From Octopus sinensis (taxonomy: Eukaryota), in NCBI RefSeq assembly GCF_006345805.1, contig NW_021832920.1:1-31097 (forward strand): 31,097 bases of DNA. The letters run 5' to 3'. The translations under genes and the position numbers were made by a program. Positions within the stretch are counted from its first letter, which is position 1, and every line of letters begins with the position of its first letter. The notes under the pieces are model-generated. The model was not told the DNA's origin. It did not search any database and saw only the letters and a list, made by a program, of their open reading frames with translations. Positions 1 to 9,984 of this stretch are shown here, one piece after another.

Positions 1-468
1 GTGAATGAGTGTGTGTGTGTGTGTGAGTGTGTGTGTATACTCGTATAAATACATTTATATATATGTGTGCATGTGTGTGTGCATGTGTGTGTGAGTGTGT
101 GTATGTGTGTGTGTAAGTGTGTGTGTGTATGTGTGTGTGTATACTCGTATAAATGCATTTATATATATATGTGTGTGCATGTGTGTGTGTGAATGTGTGT
201 ATGTGTATGTGTGAGTGTGTGCGTATGTGTGTGTGTATACTCGTATAAATACATTTATATATATTTGTGTGCATATGTATGTGAGTGTGTGTATGTGTGT
301 GTGAGTGTGTGAGTGTGTGTGTATGTGTGTGTGAGTGTGTGTGTACGTCTGTGAGTGTGTGTATGTGTGTGTGTGTGTCTATACTCGTATAAATACATAT
401 ATATTTGTGTGTGTATGTGTGTGTGCGAGTGTGTGTGAGTATGTGTGTGTATGCGCGTGTGTGTGTGT
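1..468. repeat. (TG)n-based compound minisatellite with recurring unit ATACTCGTATAAAT
   Basis: The landmark ATACTCGTATAAAT recurs at 37, 141, 237 and 381 inside (TG)n/(TA)n runs. Confidence 0.9.
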
Positions 469-469
469 T

Positions 470-680
470 TATTTGTCCTAACTTCACCACTTCACGACCG
501 GTGTTCGTTTGTTTCCGTCCCGATAACAACGGTCTGGCATAAAGAACCAGTAGAATAAGTATCAGGCTTCAAACCCCCCCACCAAAAAAAAAACAAAAAG
601 ACAACAAAAAAGAAATACTTGGTCGGTGTTGTTCGACTTAAAACCATTGAAGGTGGTGCTCCATCCTGGCCCCTTGTACT
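470..680 (+). mobile_element. Diverged 3' part of SINE family D
   Basis: Resembles the reverse complement of the tail at 13078-13250 (CGACCGGTGTT...AGAATAAGTA...GGTGCTCCA..TGGCC). Confidence 0.6.
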
Positions 681-726
681 CCAAAATTTTGGTAAATATT
701 TTCTTCGTTGTTCTCTTATTTATTTA

Positions 727-1090
727 CTAGCAGTATTGCCCGACGTTGCTCGGGTTTGTTTCGACCCTTTAGAATTAGAATTATGTAGCTTGTTATTCTC
801 TTTAAGTGAACATTTTTCTGGTTGAAATACACCGAAAATGGCAACACAGCAGTCAAAAAATCGTAAAAAATAGGGATTTTCATAGAAAAAAAAAGCACCT
901 TTTTGATGTAAATAATTTTTGGTGTTAACATGGTCCGATTTGAAATTTTTTTTTCTACGGAAGGAAGAGCAAGCCTTCTTCTATCATACTCTCAATTTTG
1001 GTCAACTTGCGCCGCAGGGTCTCGGAGGAGATAGTGTTAGTTGAAGGTTACCAAACCTGCCATACACAGACAACTTCAGCTTTATAGAGA
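727..1090 (-). mobile_element. Non-autonomous Helitron, subfamily 3
   Basis: The minus strand starts TCTCTATAAAGCTGAAGTTGTCTG and ends ACAAACCCGAGCAACGTCGGGCAATACTGCTAG|T, the same subterminal hairpin and CTAG end as the other four copies. Confidence 0.75.
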
Positions 1091-1091
1091 A

Positions 1092-1477
1092 GTGGAGGCG
1101 CAATGGCCCAGTGGTTAGGGCAGCGGACTCGCGGTCGTAGGATCGCGGTTTCGATTCCCAGACCGGGAGCTGTGAGTGTTTATTGAGCGAAAACACCTAA
1201 AAGCTCAACAAGGCTCCGGCAGGGGATGGTGGTGATCCCTGCTGTACTTTTTCACCACAACTTTCTCTCACTCTTACTTCCTGTTTCTGTTGTACCTGTA
1301 TTTCAAAGGGCCGGCCTTGTCACTCTCTGTGTCACGCTGAATATCCCCGAGAACTGCGTTAAGGGTACACGTGCCTGTGGAGTGCTCAGCCACTTACACG
1401 TTAATTTCACGAGCAGGCTGTTCCGTTGATCGGATCAACCGGAGCCTTCGTCGTCGTAACCGACGGAGTGCTTCCAC
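1092..1477 (+). mobile_element. tRNA-derived SINE family A (tail 1), full length
   Basis: A-box TGGCCCAGTGG and B-box-like GTTTCGATTCC. Flanked by TATAGAGA at 1083-1090 and 1478-1485 (8-bp TSD). Near-identical to copies at 13781, 20471 and 24679. Confidence 0.9.
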
Positions 1478-1749
1478 TATAGAGAGAGAAACTTATTTTA
1501 CGTAATTAAATCACAATTTCACAAATTTTATTCAGGGGGCATAACTCGTATTTGTTCTGACAGAGTTATAACCCTTGCTCTTTTTCTGACCGTTTTGCTT
1601 TGACTTGATCGTGTAGAAGCAAAGTGTGTTGATTTGATTCAATGCGTACAGAGTTCAAATCCTGGCGAGATCAGATTTGTCCCATAATAAAAATCATTTC
1701 CTTTATCCTTTATCATTTTTGAACTGCGACCATGCTGGGGCACCACATT

Positions 1750-1927
1750 TTATTCTTTTACTTGTTTCAGTCATTTGACGGCGGCCATGCTACAGCACTG
1801 CCTTTAGTCAATCAAATCGACCCCAGGACTTATTCTTTGTAAGCCCAGTACTTATTCTATCGGTCTCTTTTGCCGAACCGCTAATTGACGGTGACATAAA
1901 CACACCAGCATCAGTTGTCAAGCAACA

Positions 1928-1963
<36 letters not shown>

Positions 1964-2153
1964 ACACACACACACACACATACATAATATATATATAAAT
2001 ATATAGCCCCGGGCCGACCAATGCCTTGTGAGTGGATTTGGTAGACGGAAACTGAAAGAAGCCTGTCGTATATGTGTATATAATATATATATATATATAC
2101 ACATATACGACAGGCTTCTTTCAGTTTCCGTCTACCAAATCCACTCACAAGGC

Positions 2154-2190
<37 letters not shown>

Positions 2191-2326
2191 GACAGGCTTC
2201 TTTCAGTTTCCGTCTACCAAATCCACTCAAAAGGCATTGGTCGGCCCGGGGCTATAGCAGAAGACACTTGCCCAAGATGCCACGCAGTGGGACTGAACCC
2301 GGAACCATGTGGTTGGTTAGCAAGCT
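1750..2326 (-). mobile_element. SINE family D (internal microsatellite) with internal inverted triplication
   Basis: Matches the full-length copy at 13078-13490 segment by segment. The 5' end is truncated at 2326. Confidence 0.85.
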
Positions 2327-2805
2327 GTCGAACGAATCGATATCCGCACTTTTATTATTTATTTTTTTTAAAGACTGCTATTAATTCTATCGCTCGTCTT
2401 TTGCTGAACTGCTAAGTTGCATGAATCGAAACACACCAACACCGGTTGTCAAGCGGTGGTGCAGGAAAAACACAGAGAGAAAGAAACACACACTCATATA
2501 CATACATACATACACACGCACACACACATGCACACACACACACACCATATTTATTAAGCGGTGGTGGAGGTCAAGCTCAGATACAAAGAGATACGTACAC
2601 ACATACACACACACACACATACACAAATATATATATATATACGGTGGGCTTCATTTAGTTTCCGTCTGCCAAATCCACTCACAAGGCTTTGTTGAGCCCG
2701 AGACTATAGTAGAAGATACTTGCCTAAGGTGCCGCGCAGTGGAACTGAACCCGGAACCATGTGGTTGGGAAGCAATCTTCTTACCACACAGCCACGCCTG
2801 TGCCT
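2327..2805 (-). mobile_element. SINE family D, older diverged copy
   Basis: The head ...GGAACCATGTGGTTGG...CCACACAGCCACGCCTGTGCC and the body match 13078-13490 with many substitutions. Confidence 0.75.
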
Positions 2806-2896
2806 ATGTACACTCACACACACACACACAGACAAATACAAATATACAGACACGCACACACACACACACAGACAAATACAAATATACAGACACGCA

Positions 2897-2975
<79 letters not shown>

Positions 2976-3031
2976 CATATATAAATTATTAAGGTGGCTA
3001 TTCGCAATTTAGAACCACTAGTTAAGATGTA

Positions 3032-3763
3032 CAGAAACGTTAGCTGTATTCCGTCTGCCGCTACGTTCTGAGTTCAAATTCCGCCGAGGTCGACTTTACC
3101 TTTCATCCTTCCGGGGTCGATTAAACAAGTACCAGTTACGCACTGGGGTCGATATAATCGACTTAATCCGTTTGTCTGTCCTTGTTTGTCCCTCTGTGTT
3201 TAGCGCCTTGTGGGTAGTAAAGAAATAGGTATTGCGTCTGTCTTAATGTTCTGAGTTCAAATTCCGCCGATGTCGACTTTACCTTTCATCCTTTCGGGGT
3301 CGATAAATTAAGTACCAGCTACGCACTGGGGTCGATGTAATCGACTTAGTACCTATGTATGTCCTTGTTTGTGCCTTCTGTGTTTAGCCCCTTGTGGGTA
3401 ATAAAGAAATAGGTATTCCGTCTGCCGTTACGTTCTGAGTTCAAATTCCGCCGAGGTCGACTTTACCTTTCATCCTTACGGGGTCGATTAAACAAGTACC
3501 AGTTACGCACTGGGGTCGATGTAATCGACTTAATCCATTCGTCTGTCCTTGTTTGTCCCTTCTGTGTTTAGCCCCTTGTGGGTAGTAAAGAAATAGGTAT
3601 TGCGTCTGTCTTAATGTTCTGAGTTCAAATTCCGCCGAGGTCGACTTTGCCTTTCATCCTTTCAGGATCGATAAATTAAGTACCAGTTACGCACTGGGGT
3701 CGATCTCATCGACTGGTCCCCTCCCCCAAAATTTCGGGCGTTGTTCCTGGAATAGAAAAGAAT
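3032..3763 (+). mobile_element. SINE family C, four tandem ~184-bp body units (alpha-beta-alpha-beta)
   Basis: Unit starts (GTATT) at 3046, 3229, 3413 and 3597. Each unit has the B-box GAGTTCAAATTCC and the GAGGTCGACTTT.CCTTTCATCCTT..GGGGTCGAT domain (Nin/Deu-domain-like, from memory). Confidence 0.85.
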
Positions 3764-3904
3764 CAAGAACTTGTCTTCTCTAAAATGTTGACAATTAAGT
3801 GATTCGTTTAAAATGTGGAATTTAGAAAATGTTTTTACGGGACACCAAAATTCAAATGGACAACCTTCAACTTCAGATATTAAGCGAAGCAACATTTTGT
3901 AATT

Positions 3905-3939
<35 letters not shown>

Positions 3940-4267
3940 TTGTTTTGACTTCTGTTTTGGTATTCTCTGGTGTTCCTGCCAATGGCGTGATTCTTGAATT
4001 ATTGGCACTTTTTCAGATTGGCAACAGAAGCGATGTCATCGCTGATTTTATCAACCTGCCACTAACACTCAGTTGGAAGTGCATACATGCACACACACAC
4101 ACACACACACACACACCACACACATACACACAAATATACATACATACATACATACATACATACATACATACATACAAACGAATAGACAGACATAAATATA
4201 TACGCATACATATATCTATGCATACGCACACCCAACATATATATGTACATATATATATATATATTAT

Positions 4268-4560
4268 GTGGAGGCACATGGCCTAGTGGTTACAGCAGCG
4301 GACTCGCAGTCGAGGGATCGCGGGTTCGAATCTCAGACCGGGTGTGTGTGTTTATGAGCGAAACACCTAAGCTCCACGTGGCTCCGACAGAAGGTAATGG
4401 CGAACTTCTGCTTTTTCTTTCGCCACAACTTTCTCTCACCCTTTCCTCCTGCATCTTGCAGCTCACCTGCGACGGACCGCGTCCCGTCCAGGTGGGGAAC
4501 CTATACGCCAAGAACGGGGAAACCGGCCCTTATGAGCCAGGCATGGCTCGAGAAGGAACA

Positions 4561-4563
<3 letters not shown>
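4268..4563 (+). mobile_element. SINE family A head with alternative tail 2
   Basis: The head GTGGAGGCACATGGCCTAGTGG...GGTTCGAATC matches family A. The 3' half differs, ends GGCTCGAGAAGGAACAAAC, and matches the reverse complement of 31005-31097. Confidence 0.8.
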
Positions 4564-4631
<68 letters not shown>

Positions 4632-4718
4632 ATGTGCAATATATGTATTATATATATATATAATATATATAATATATATATATATGTATATATATATATA
4701 TTATTATATATATATATA

Positions 4719-4839
4719 TCACGTGATTACGTGACCGACCAGGCTATCAGATGTTGCTACACATCGCTGGTCACAATGCGTTCGCATTGTTTTTTAGCCT
4801 TCGAATGACGCCACCCCGCTGGCTAAGCGAGCAGGCCAA
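4719..4839 (+). repeat. Unclassified ~120-bp interspersed repeat (copy 1)
   Basis: TCACGTGAT..GTGA.CGA.CAG...GATGTTG.TA.ACATCGCTGGTCAC.ATGC recurs at 14437-14561. Both copies abut dinucleotide tracts. Confidence 0.7.
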
Positions 4840-4882
4840 TATAACTATATATATATATGTATATATATATATTATATATATA

Positions 4883-4964
<82 letters not shown>

Positions 4965-4966
4965 GG

Positions 4967-4995
<29 letters not shown>

Positions 4996-4997
<2 letters not shown>

Positions 4998-5236
4998 CGC
5001 TTGGCTTAGTGGTTAGGGTGTCAGCACCATGATCGTAAGATTGTGGTTTCGATTCCTGGACCGGGCGGCGCGTTGTGTTCTTGAGCAAAACACTTCATTT
5101 CACGTTGCTCCGGTCCACTCAGCTGGCAAAAATGAGCAACGCTGCGATGGACGGGCGGCCCGTCCAGCTGGGGAACACATACACCATAGAAACCGGGAAA
5201 CCGGGCCCATGAGCCTGGCTAGGCTTTAAAAGGGCC
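4996..5236 (+). mobile_element. CORE-like SINE (family B head) with a tail related to tail 2
   Basis: tRNA-like head, then TTGTGTTCTTGAGCAAAACACTT...CACTCAGCTG (resembles the MIR core). The tail CCCGTCCAG.TGGGGAAC...GGGAAACCGG.CC.ATGAGCC is shared with 4268-4563. Confidence 0.75.
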
Positions 5237-5566
5237 GCAAAGAAGAATGTACACACACACACACACACACAACATACATCATATATATATATATATTATA
5301 TATATATATACAGTGTACATTCTATACAAAAAGAGGTGAACTTAACAGGACACCTTAATTGCTAAAAAAAGCAGTTAAAGACCAAACCACAGATAAGAGA
5401 ATTTCGAGGGAGATGAAAAATAAAAGCATTTCGATCGTAACCTACGCACTTAGGTTTCAACATCAATGGACAAATAAAATAATTTGCCATCTGTATCCTC
5501 ATCAGCATAGGCGATATAATTAATGTATATTTGTGGAACACTGAAAACACACATGTTCCATCTATA

Positions 5567-5962
5567 TCTTTATATATAAAAGTCAAGTTGTGTGTCTGTC
5601 TCCTACGATTTAGATTCCTAACTACTCCCACATTTTGCGGTGCAGTGTAACCAAAACCGGGTATCTTATAGTCGTGATTCATATCGAGCCCTTCTGGGTA
5701 TTAGCGAACGTCTACGATGAGTCTACGATTTAAAAAATAATTTACCATTATTTTTTTCCATTTTAATGCATATTTTTTTAAATATAAGGAAAGTAACTCT
5801 CTAAAAATGTCTACGATGAGTCAACGATTTAAAAAAAAAATTTACCATCATATTTTTTCCATTTTTAATGCATTTTTTGCTATATTTTGGCTATAACTCT
5901 CTAAAAATGCTTATATAGTTATTTCCCTTACAAACCCGAGCAACGCCGGGCGATACTGCTAG
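5567..5962 (+). mobile_element. Non-autonomous Helitron, subfamily 1 (396 bp)
   Basis: A|TCTTTATATATAAAAG 5' end and CCCGAGCAACGCCGGG hairpin followed by CTAG|T. No TSD. Internal ~100-bp direct repeat. Near-identical to the copies at 9368 and 19599. Confidence 0.9.
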
Positions 5963-6138
5963 TACTTAATAGTTTTTCAAATCCACCGCGCAAGCGCAGT
6001 TAAAGTCGGCAACAAATAAAAAATTAACGTACCAATGTTCTTCTTCCCTTCCTTCCTGAGCGTCCAATAATTCTATATTTGTTCCACGTCCTCACGTTGT
6101 TGTGCTTTCTCTTTGTGTTTTCATGTTTGGATTAACTT

Positions 6139-6171
<33 letters not shown>

Positions 6172-6480
6172 TATATTATATATATATATTATAATATATA
6201 TATATATATATACAAGATAAGAAAATGGAGAAATAAATCTAAATCAAATATCAATTACCAGATAATACTCAATCACATACTTTATTAAACCACCACATAA
6301 GAGACTGTAGGGTTAATATAAAGCAGAACAAATCATGTACATAAGGAATGTACATAAAAAAGTGTACATAAAAGAATAATGTTGTATAATAAGTGGCAGT
6401 ATATTGGATATATGTTATCCCATGGAGGGTTGCTTTTACAACCCCTATCTCAATTTGTATATATATATATATTATATATA

Positions 6481-6561
<81 letters not shown>

Positions 6562-6563
<2 letters not shown>

Positions 6564-6720
6564 ACGGGAAGGTTTACGAAAATAAACAAAGACGAAGGCA
6601 GGTGGAGTACAAACAAACAATGTATTAGTATGGCGTTCAGGAATAGAAATAAAACAAGTCTTTTACGTTTCGAGCCTACGCTCTTCGACAGAAAGATCCA
6701 CAGAAAGAAAAGGAGAGAAA
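6562..6720 (-). mobile_element. Penelope-like terminal-repeat remnant between (TA)n tracts
   Basis: Contains ACGTTTCG...CTCTTC with a hammerhead-like fold on the minus strand. The assignment is an inference from the known link between Penelope-like elements and minimal hammerheads. Confidence 0.5.
6659..6696 (-). ncRNA. Minimal type I hammerhead-ribozyme-like motif (variant core)
   Basis: Minus strand reads TCTTT-CTGTCGA-A-GAGC-GTAG-GCTC-GAAAC-GTA-AAAGA. Stems I and II are perfect, stem III is the palindrome ACGT, and the cleavage triplet is GUA. The core has U in place of A6. Confidence 0.55.
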
Positions 6721-6764
6721 TATATATATATATATATATAATATATATAATATATATATACACA

Positions 6765-6880
6765 CAGGGTGATTCCAAAGTCGCCATACATAAGAACAAT
6801 ATATTTTTTAATAAAAAATAGTTTTTTATTTAACTGTCTTATAAAAAATATTTTCCTATGTATGGTGAATTTTGAATAAT
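6765..6880. mobile_element. Small Tc1/mariner-like MITE remnant
   Basis: The left end CAGGGTGATTCCAAAGTCGCCATACATAAGAA is an imperfect inverted match to TTCCTATGTATGGTGAATTTTGAAT at 6852-6877. Confidence 0.5.
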
Positions 6881-6916
6881 ATATATAAATAATATATATA
6901 AATAATATATATAAAT

Positions 6917-7673
6917 GTGTATGTATGTATGTATGTATGTATGTATGTATGCAAACATGTATGTATATATGTATATATTTATGCATGTATGTATGTAAAC
7001 ATGTATGTATGAATGTATGTATGCATGTATGTATGTATGTATGTATGCATGTTTGTATGAATGTATGTATGTATGTAAACATGTATGTATGTATGTATAT
7101 ATTTATGCATGTATGTATGTAAACATGTATGTATGTATGTATGTATGCATGTATGTACGTATGTATGTATGTATGTATTTATGTATGTATGTATGTATGT
7201 CTGTATGTATGCATGCATGTATGTATGTATGTATGTATGTATGCATGCATGCATGCATGTATGTATGTATGTATGCATGTATGTATGTATGTATGTATGT
7301 ATGTATGTATGCATGTATGTATGTATGTATGTATGTATGCATGCATGTATGTATATATGTATTATGTATGCATGTATGTATGTATTTATGTATGTATGTA
7401 TGTATGTATATAAACATGTATGTATGTATGCATGCATGTATGTATGTATGTATGCATGTATGCATATATGCATGTATGTATATATGTATGTCTGTATGTA
7501 TGTATGTATATATGTATGTATGCATGTATGCATGTACGTAAACATGTATGTATGTATGTATGTATGTATTTATGTATGTATGTATGTATGTCTGTATGTA
7601 TGCATGTATGTATGTATGTATGTATGTATGTATGTATGCATTATGTATGTATGTATGTATGCATGCATGTATA

Positions 7674-7709
<36 letters not shown>

Positions 7710-7911
7710 TGTATGTATGTATGTGTGTATGTAAACATGTATGTATGTATGTATGTATGTATGTATGTATGTATGTATGTATGTGTGTATGTAAACATGT
7801 ATGTATGTATGTATGTATGTATGTATGTATGTATGTATGTGTGTATGTAAACATGTATGTATGTATGTATGTATGTATGTATGTATGTGTGTATGTAAAC
7901 ATGTATGTATG

Positions 7912-7943
<32 letters not shown>

Positions 7944-7975
7944 CATGTATTTATGTATGTATGTTTGTACGTACG
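6917..7975. repeat. ~1.05-kb (TATG)n/(CATG) tetranucleotide array with recurring GTAAACATG interruptions
   Basis: Read directly from the sequence. Confidence 0.95.
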
Positions 7976-8007
7976 TAAGCCTAAAAGTTATTTTTCTTTC
8001 TTTCCAG

Positions 8008-8052
8008 ACAAACAAGTTCGTGACAGGTTTCAAAATGATCCGTTCAAAAAAG
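8008..8052 (+). CDS. Candidate 45-nt coding exon of the vWA gene (xKQVRDRFQNDPFKK)
   Basis: Acceptor TTATTTTTCTTTCTTTCCAG and donor AAG|GTGAAT. Phase 1-1 with no stop. Joins in frame as ...PFKK-A-CGGVPAE to exon 12259. Confidence 0.55.
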
Positions 8053-8105
8053 GTGAATATATCAAATTTCTCTTTTACTGATATGCTTGCAGATTCCTCT
8101 TGGAT

Positions 8106-8186
<81 letters not shown>

Positions 8187-8624
8187 CTGTGCGGTTGTGG
8201 GGTAATGTTAACAAGAAAGTGCTATGTCTCCTTGAGACGTGGTTTCGAGTCCAAAGTACAACTTTCATCTTTTTCAATCCCAAACAATTTTCCGATGCCA
8301 TTATTTGTAGCTTGATGAGACCTCCTAGTGAATTTGTGAAAAGGTGGGTGACCGTGGCAAAAAAAATGGTTTGTGACAAAAAAAAATGGCCTTGCTCTAA
8401 CTGTACACCTCTAGATTGGAGGACAGGAGAGAGGGCTTGTGCCTTTGGTGGTCCGAGTAATCCTGGATCTATGGGGTCCCTTGATTGGCCCAAGTTGGAG
8501 ATTCTCCTAGATCAGGATGAATGAAATATTCATGGGTTCATTTTGTATAATATGTATACTTTTGTAGCATTCGCCGTCATTTTCTTCCTCTCACCTTTTC
8601 CGTAAATCGCCCTCCCCCAAATTA

Positions 8625-8880
8625 TATGTCAATTCTGATTTCTCTGACATATTTCTCGAACTTGGTTCTTAGTTCTCCGAGTGCCCCTGCAACCGCCGGA
8701 ATGACAGACATTCTCCTCATAGTCCACACACTTGCAATTCCCCCTTTTAGTACTCTGTACTTTCCAGTCTTTCCTTGTTCTTTGTCACTTATGTGTGCAT
8801 CCCCAGGTATGCAATACCTATGATCCTGGTTTCTTTTTTCCCCTTATCTACCACAACAATGTCTGGTCTCCATCATAGAA
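8625..8880 (-). mobile_element. Degenerate R4/Dong-like non-LTR retrotransposon, restriction-like endonuclease remnant
   Basis: Frameshifted translation RPDIVVVDK..KETRIIGIA-PGDAHISDKEQGKTGKYRVLKGGIASVWTMRRMSVIPAVAGALG fits the PD-(D/E)xK RLE C-terminus. Confidence 0.75.
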
Positions 8881-9367
8881 GTGAGGTTACAGGAGCTTGC
8901 TGCTATAATCAAATTACAGAACAAGGTAAAACCTGAAGTAAAAGAACAGCTAAAGCAAAACTTCCTCCCGAAGCAGAAGGAAAATTTCCAACAGGACACA
9001 GCGTCAAAAAGTGGTTTCAATATATTTGTCAACACGTGCTTTCTCGCAGATAAAATAATTCTCGGTTCCGCTTGTTACTATGGAAACAGGCATGAATGTG
9101 TTTGTGGCTTACAATTGGCTAAAATTACCCAAAATTTTCAAACTTTAGTCGCTAATAACTCTATTGATTTATATCAAAAATGATTTTCACGTCATTCATC
9201 AGCCTGAATAAGTGTATCATTACACTGAAATCAATTCGAACAGAATTGATGCTGACAGCCAAACCGATTAGACCCGAATATTCCTCTTCTAATAGGAATG
9301 GCTTTGATTTTTATGAGTCCCTCTTTTGTCTGGAGCTGTAGAACTGTAGCCATTAATTCATGGAATA

Positions 9368-9763
9368 TCTTTATATATAAAAGTAAGGTTGTGTGTCTGT
9401 CTACTCCGATTTAGATTCCTAACTGCTCCCACATTTTGCGGTGCAGTTTAACCAAAACCGGGTATCTTATAGTCGTGATTCATATCGAGCCCTTCTGGCT
9501 ATTAGAGCGCGTCTACGATGAGTCTACGATTTTAAAAATAATTTACCATCATTTTTTTCCCATTTTAATGCATTTTTTCGCTATTATAAGGGAAGTAACT
9601 CTCTAAAAATGTCTACGATGAGTCAACGATTTAAAAAAAATTTACCATCATTTGTTTTCCAATTTTAATGCATTTTTTTGCTATTTTTTTGGCTATAACT
9701 CTCTAAAAATGCTTTATAGTTATTTCCCTTACAAACCCGAGCAACGCCGGGCGATACTGCTAG
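9368..9763 (+). mobile_element. Non-autonomous Helitron, subfamily 1 (396 bp)
   Basis: A|TCTTTATATATAAAAG ... CCCGAGCAACGCCGGGCGATACTGCTAG|T. Confidence 0.9.
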
Positions 9764-9984
9764 TTTTATATATTTTATTATTGGGTGCTACCTTGTTCAT
9801 GGCTAGTGTGTCCAGGATCTATGTGTGGGGAATAAAGTCAAAAGCCTTTGGCAACAATCTCTTGCTTTACCTCTTCTTTTACCTCAGGTACACCTTGTTC
9901 TGCAGTTTTGTATTTGAGTAGTATTTTTCTTCTACCTGTTGTTTAGCAGAGTTGCTTGCATACTGATTTCATTAAGGACTGCTT

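Noticed and set aside
1092-1170. tRNA genes at SINE heads (also 4268, 11487, 20471, 22488)
   Set aside because: A and B boxes are present, but there is no acceptor-stem closure and each continues into a SINE body.
1092-1477. Family A as a MITE because its ends GTGGAGGC and GCTTCCAC are nearly inverted
   Set aside because: A tRNA-like head, variable TSD lengths (8, 12, 12, 14 bp) and interchangeable tails indicate retroposition.
3856-3990. Possible signal-peptide exon (ATG at 3856, hydrophobic (TTTA)n, then LTSVLVFSGVPANG)
   Set aside because: The ATG frame stops at 3946-3948, the hydrophobic frame has no ATG, and there is no canonical phase-1 GT donor. It would need one extra TTTA unit plus a GC donor.
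5483-5540. Hydrophobic stretch FAICILISIGDII as a signal peptide
   Set aside because: There is an in-frame stop immediately upstream and no usable start or donor.
8087-8524. Overlapping 143-145 aa ORFs on both strands
   Set aside because: They start or end in (GT)n and have no recognisable motif or splice support. The non-repeat part remains unidentified.
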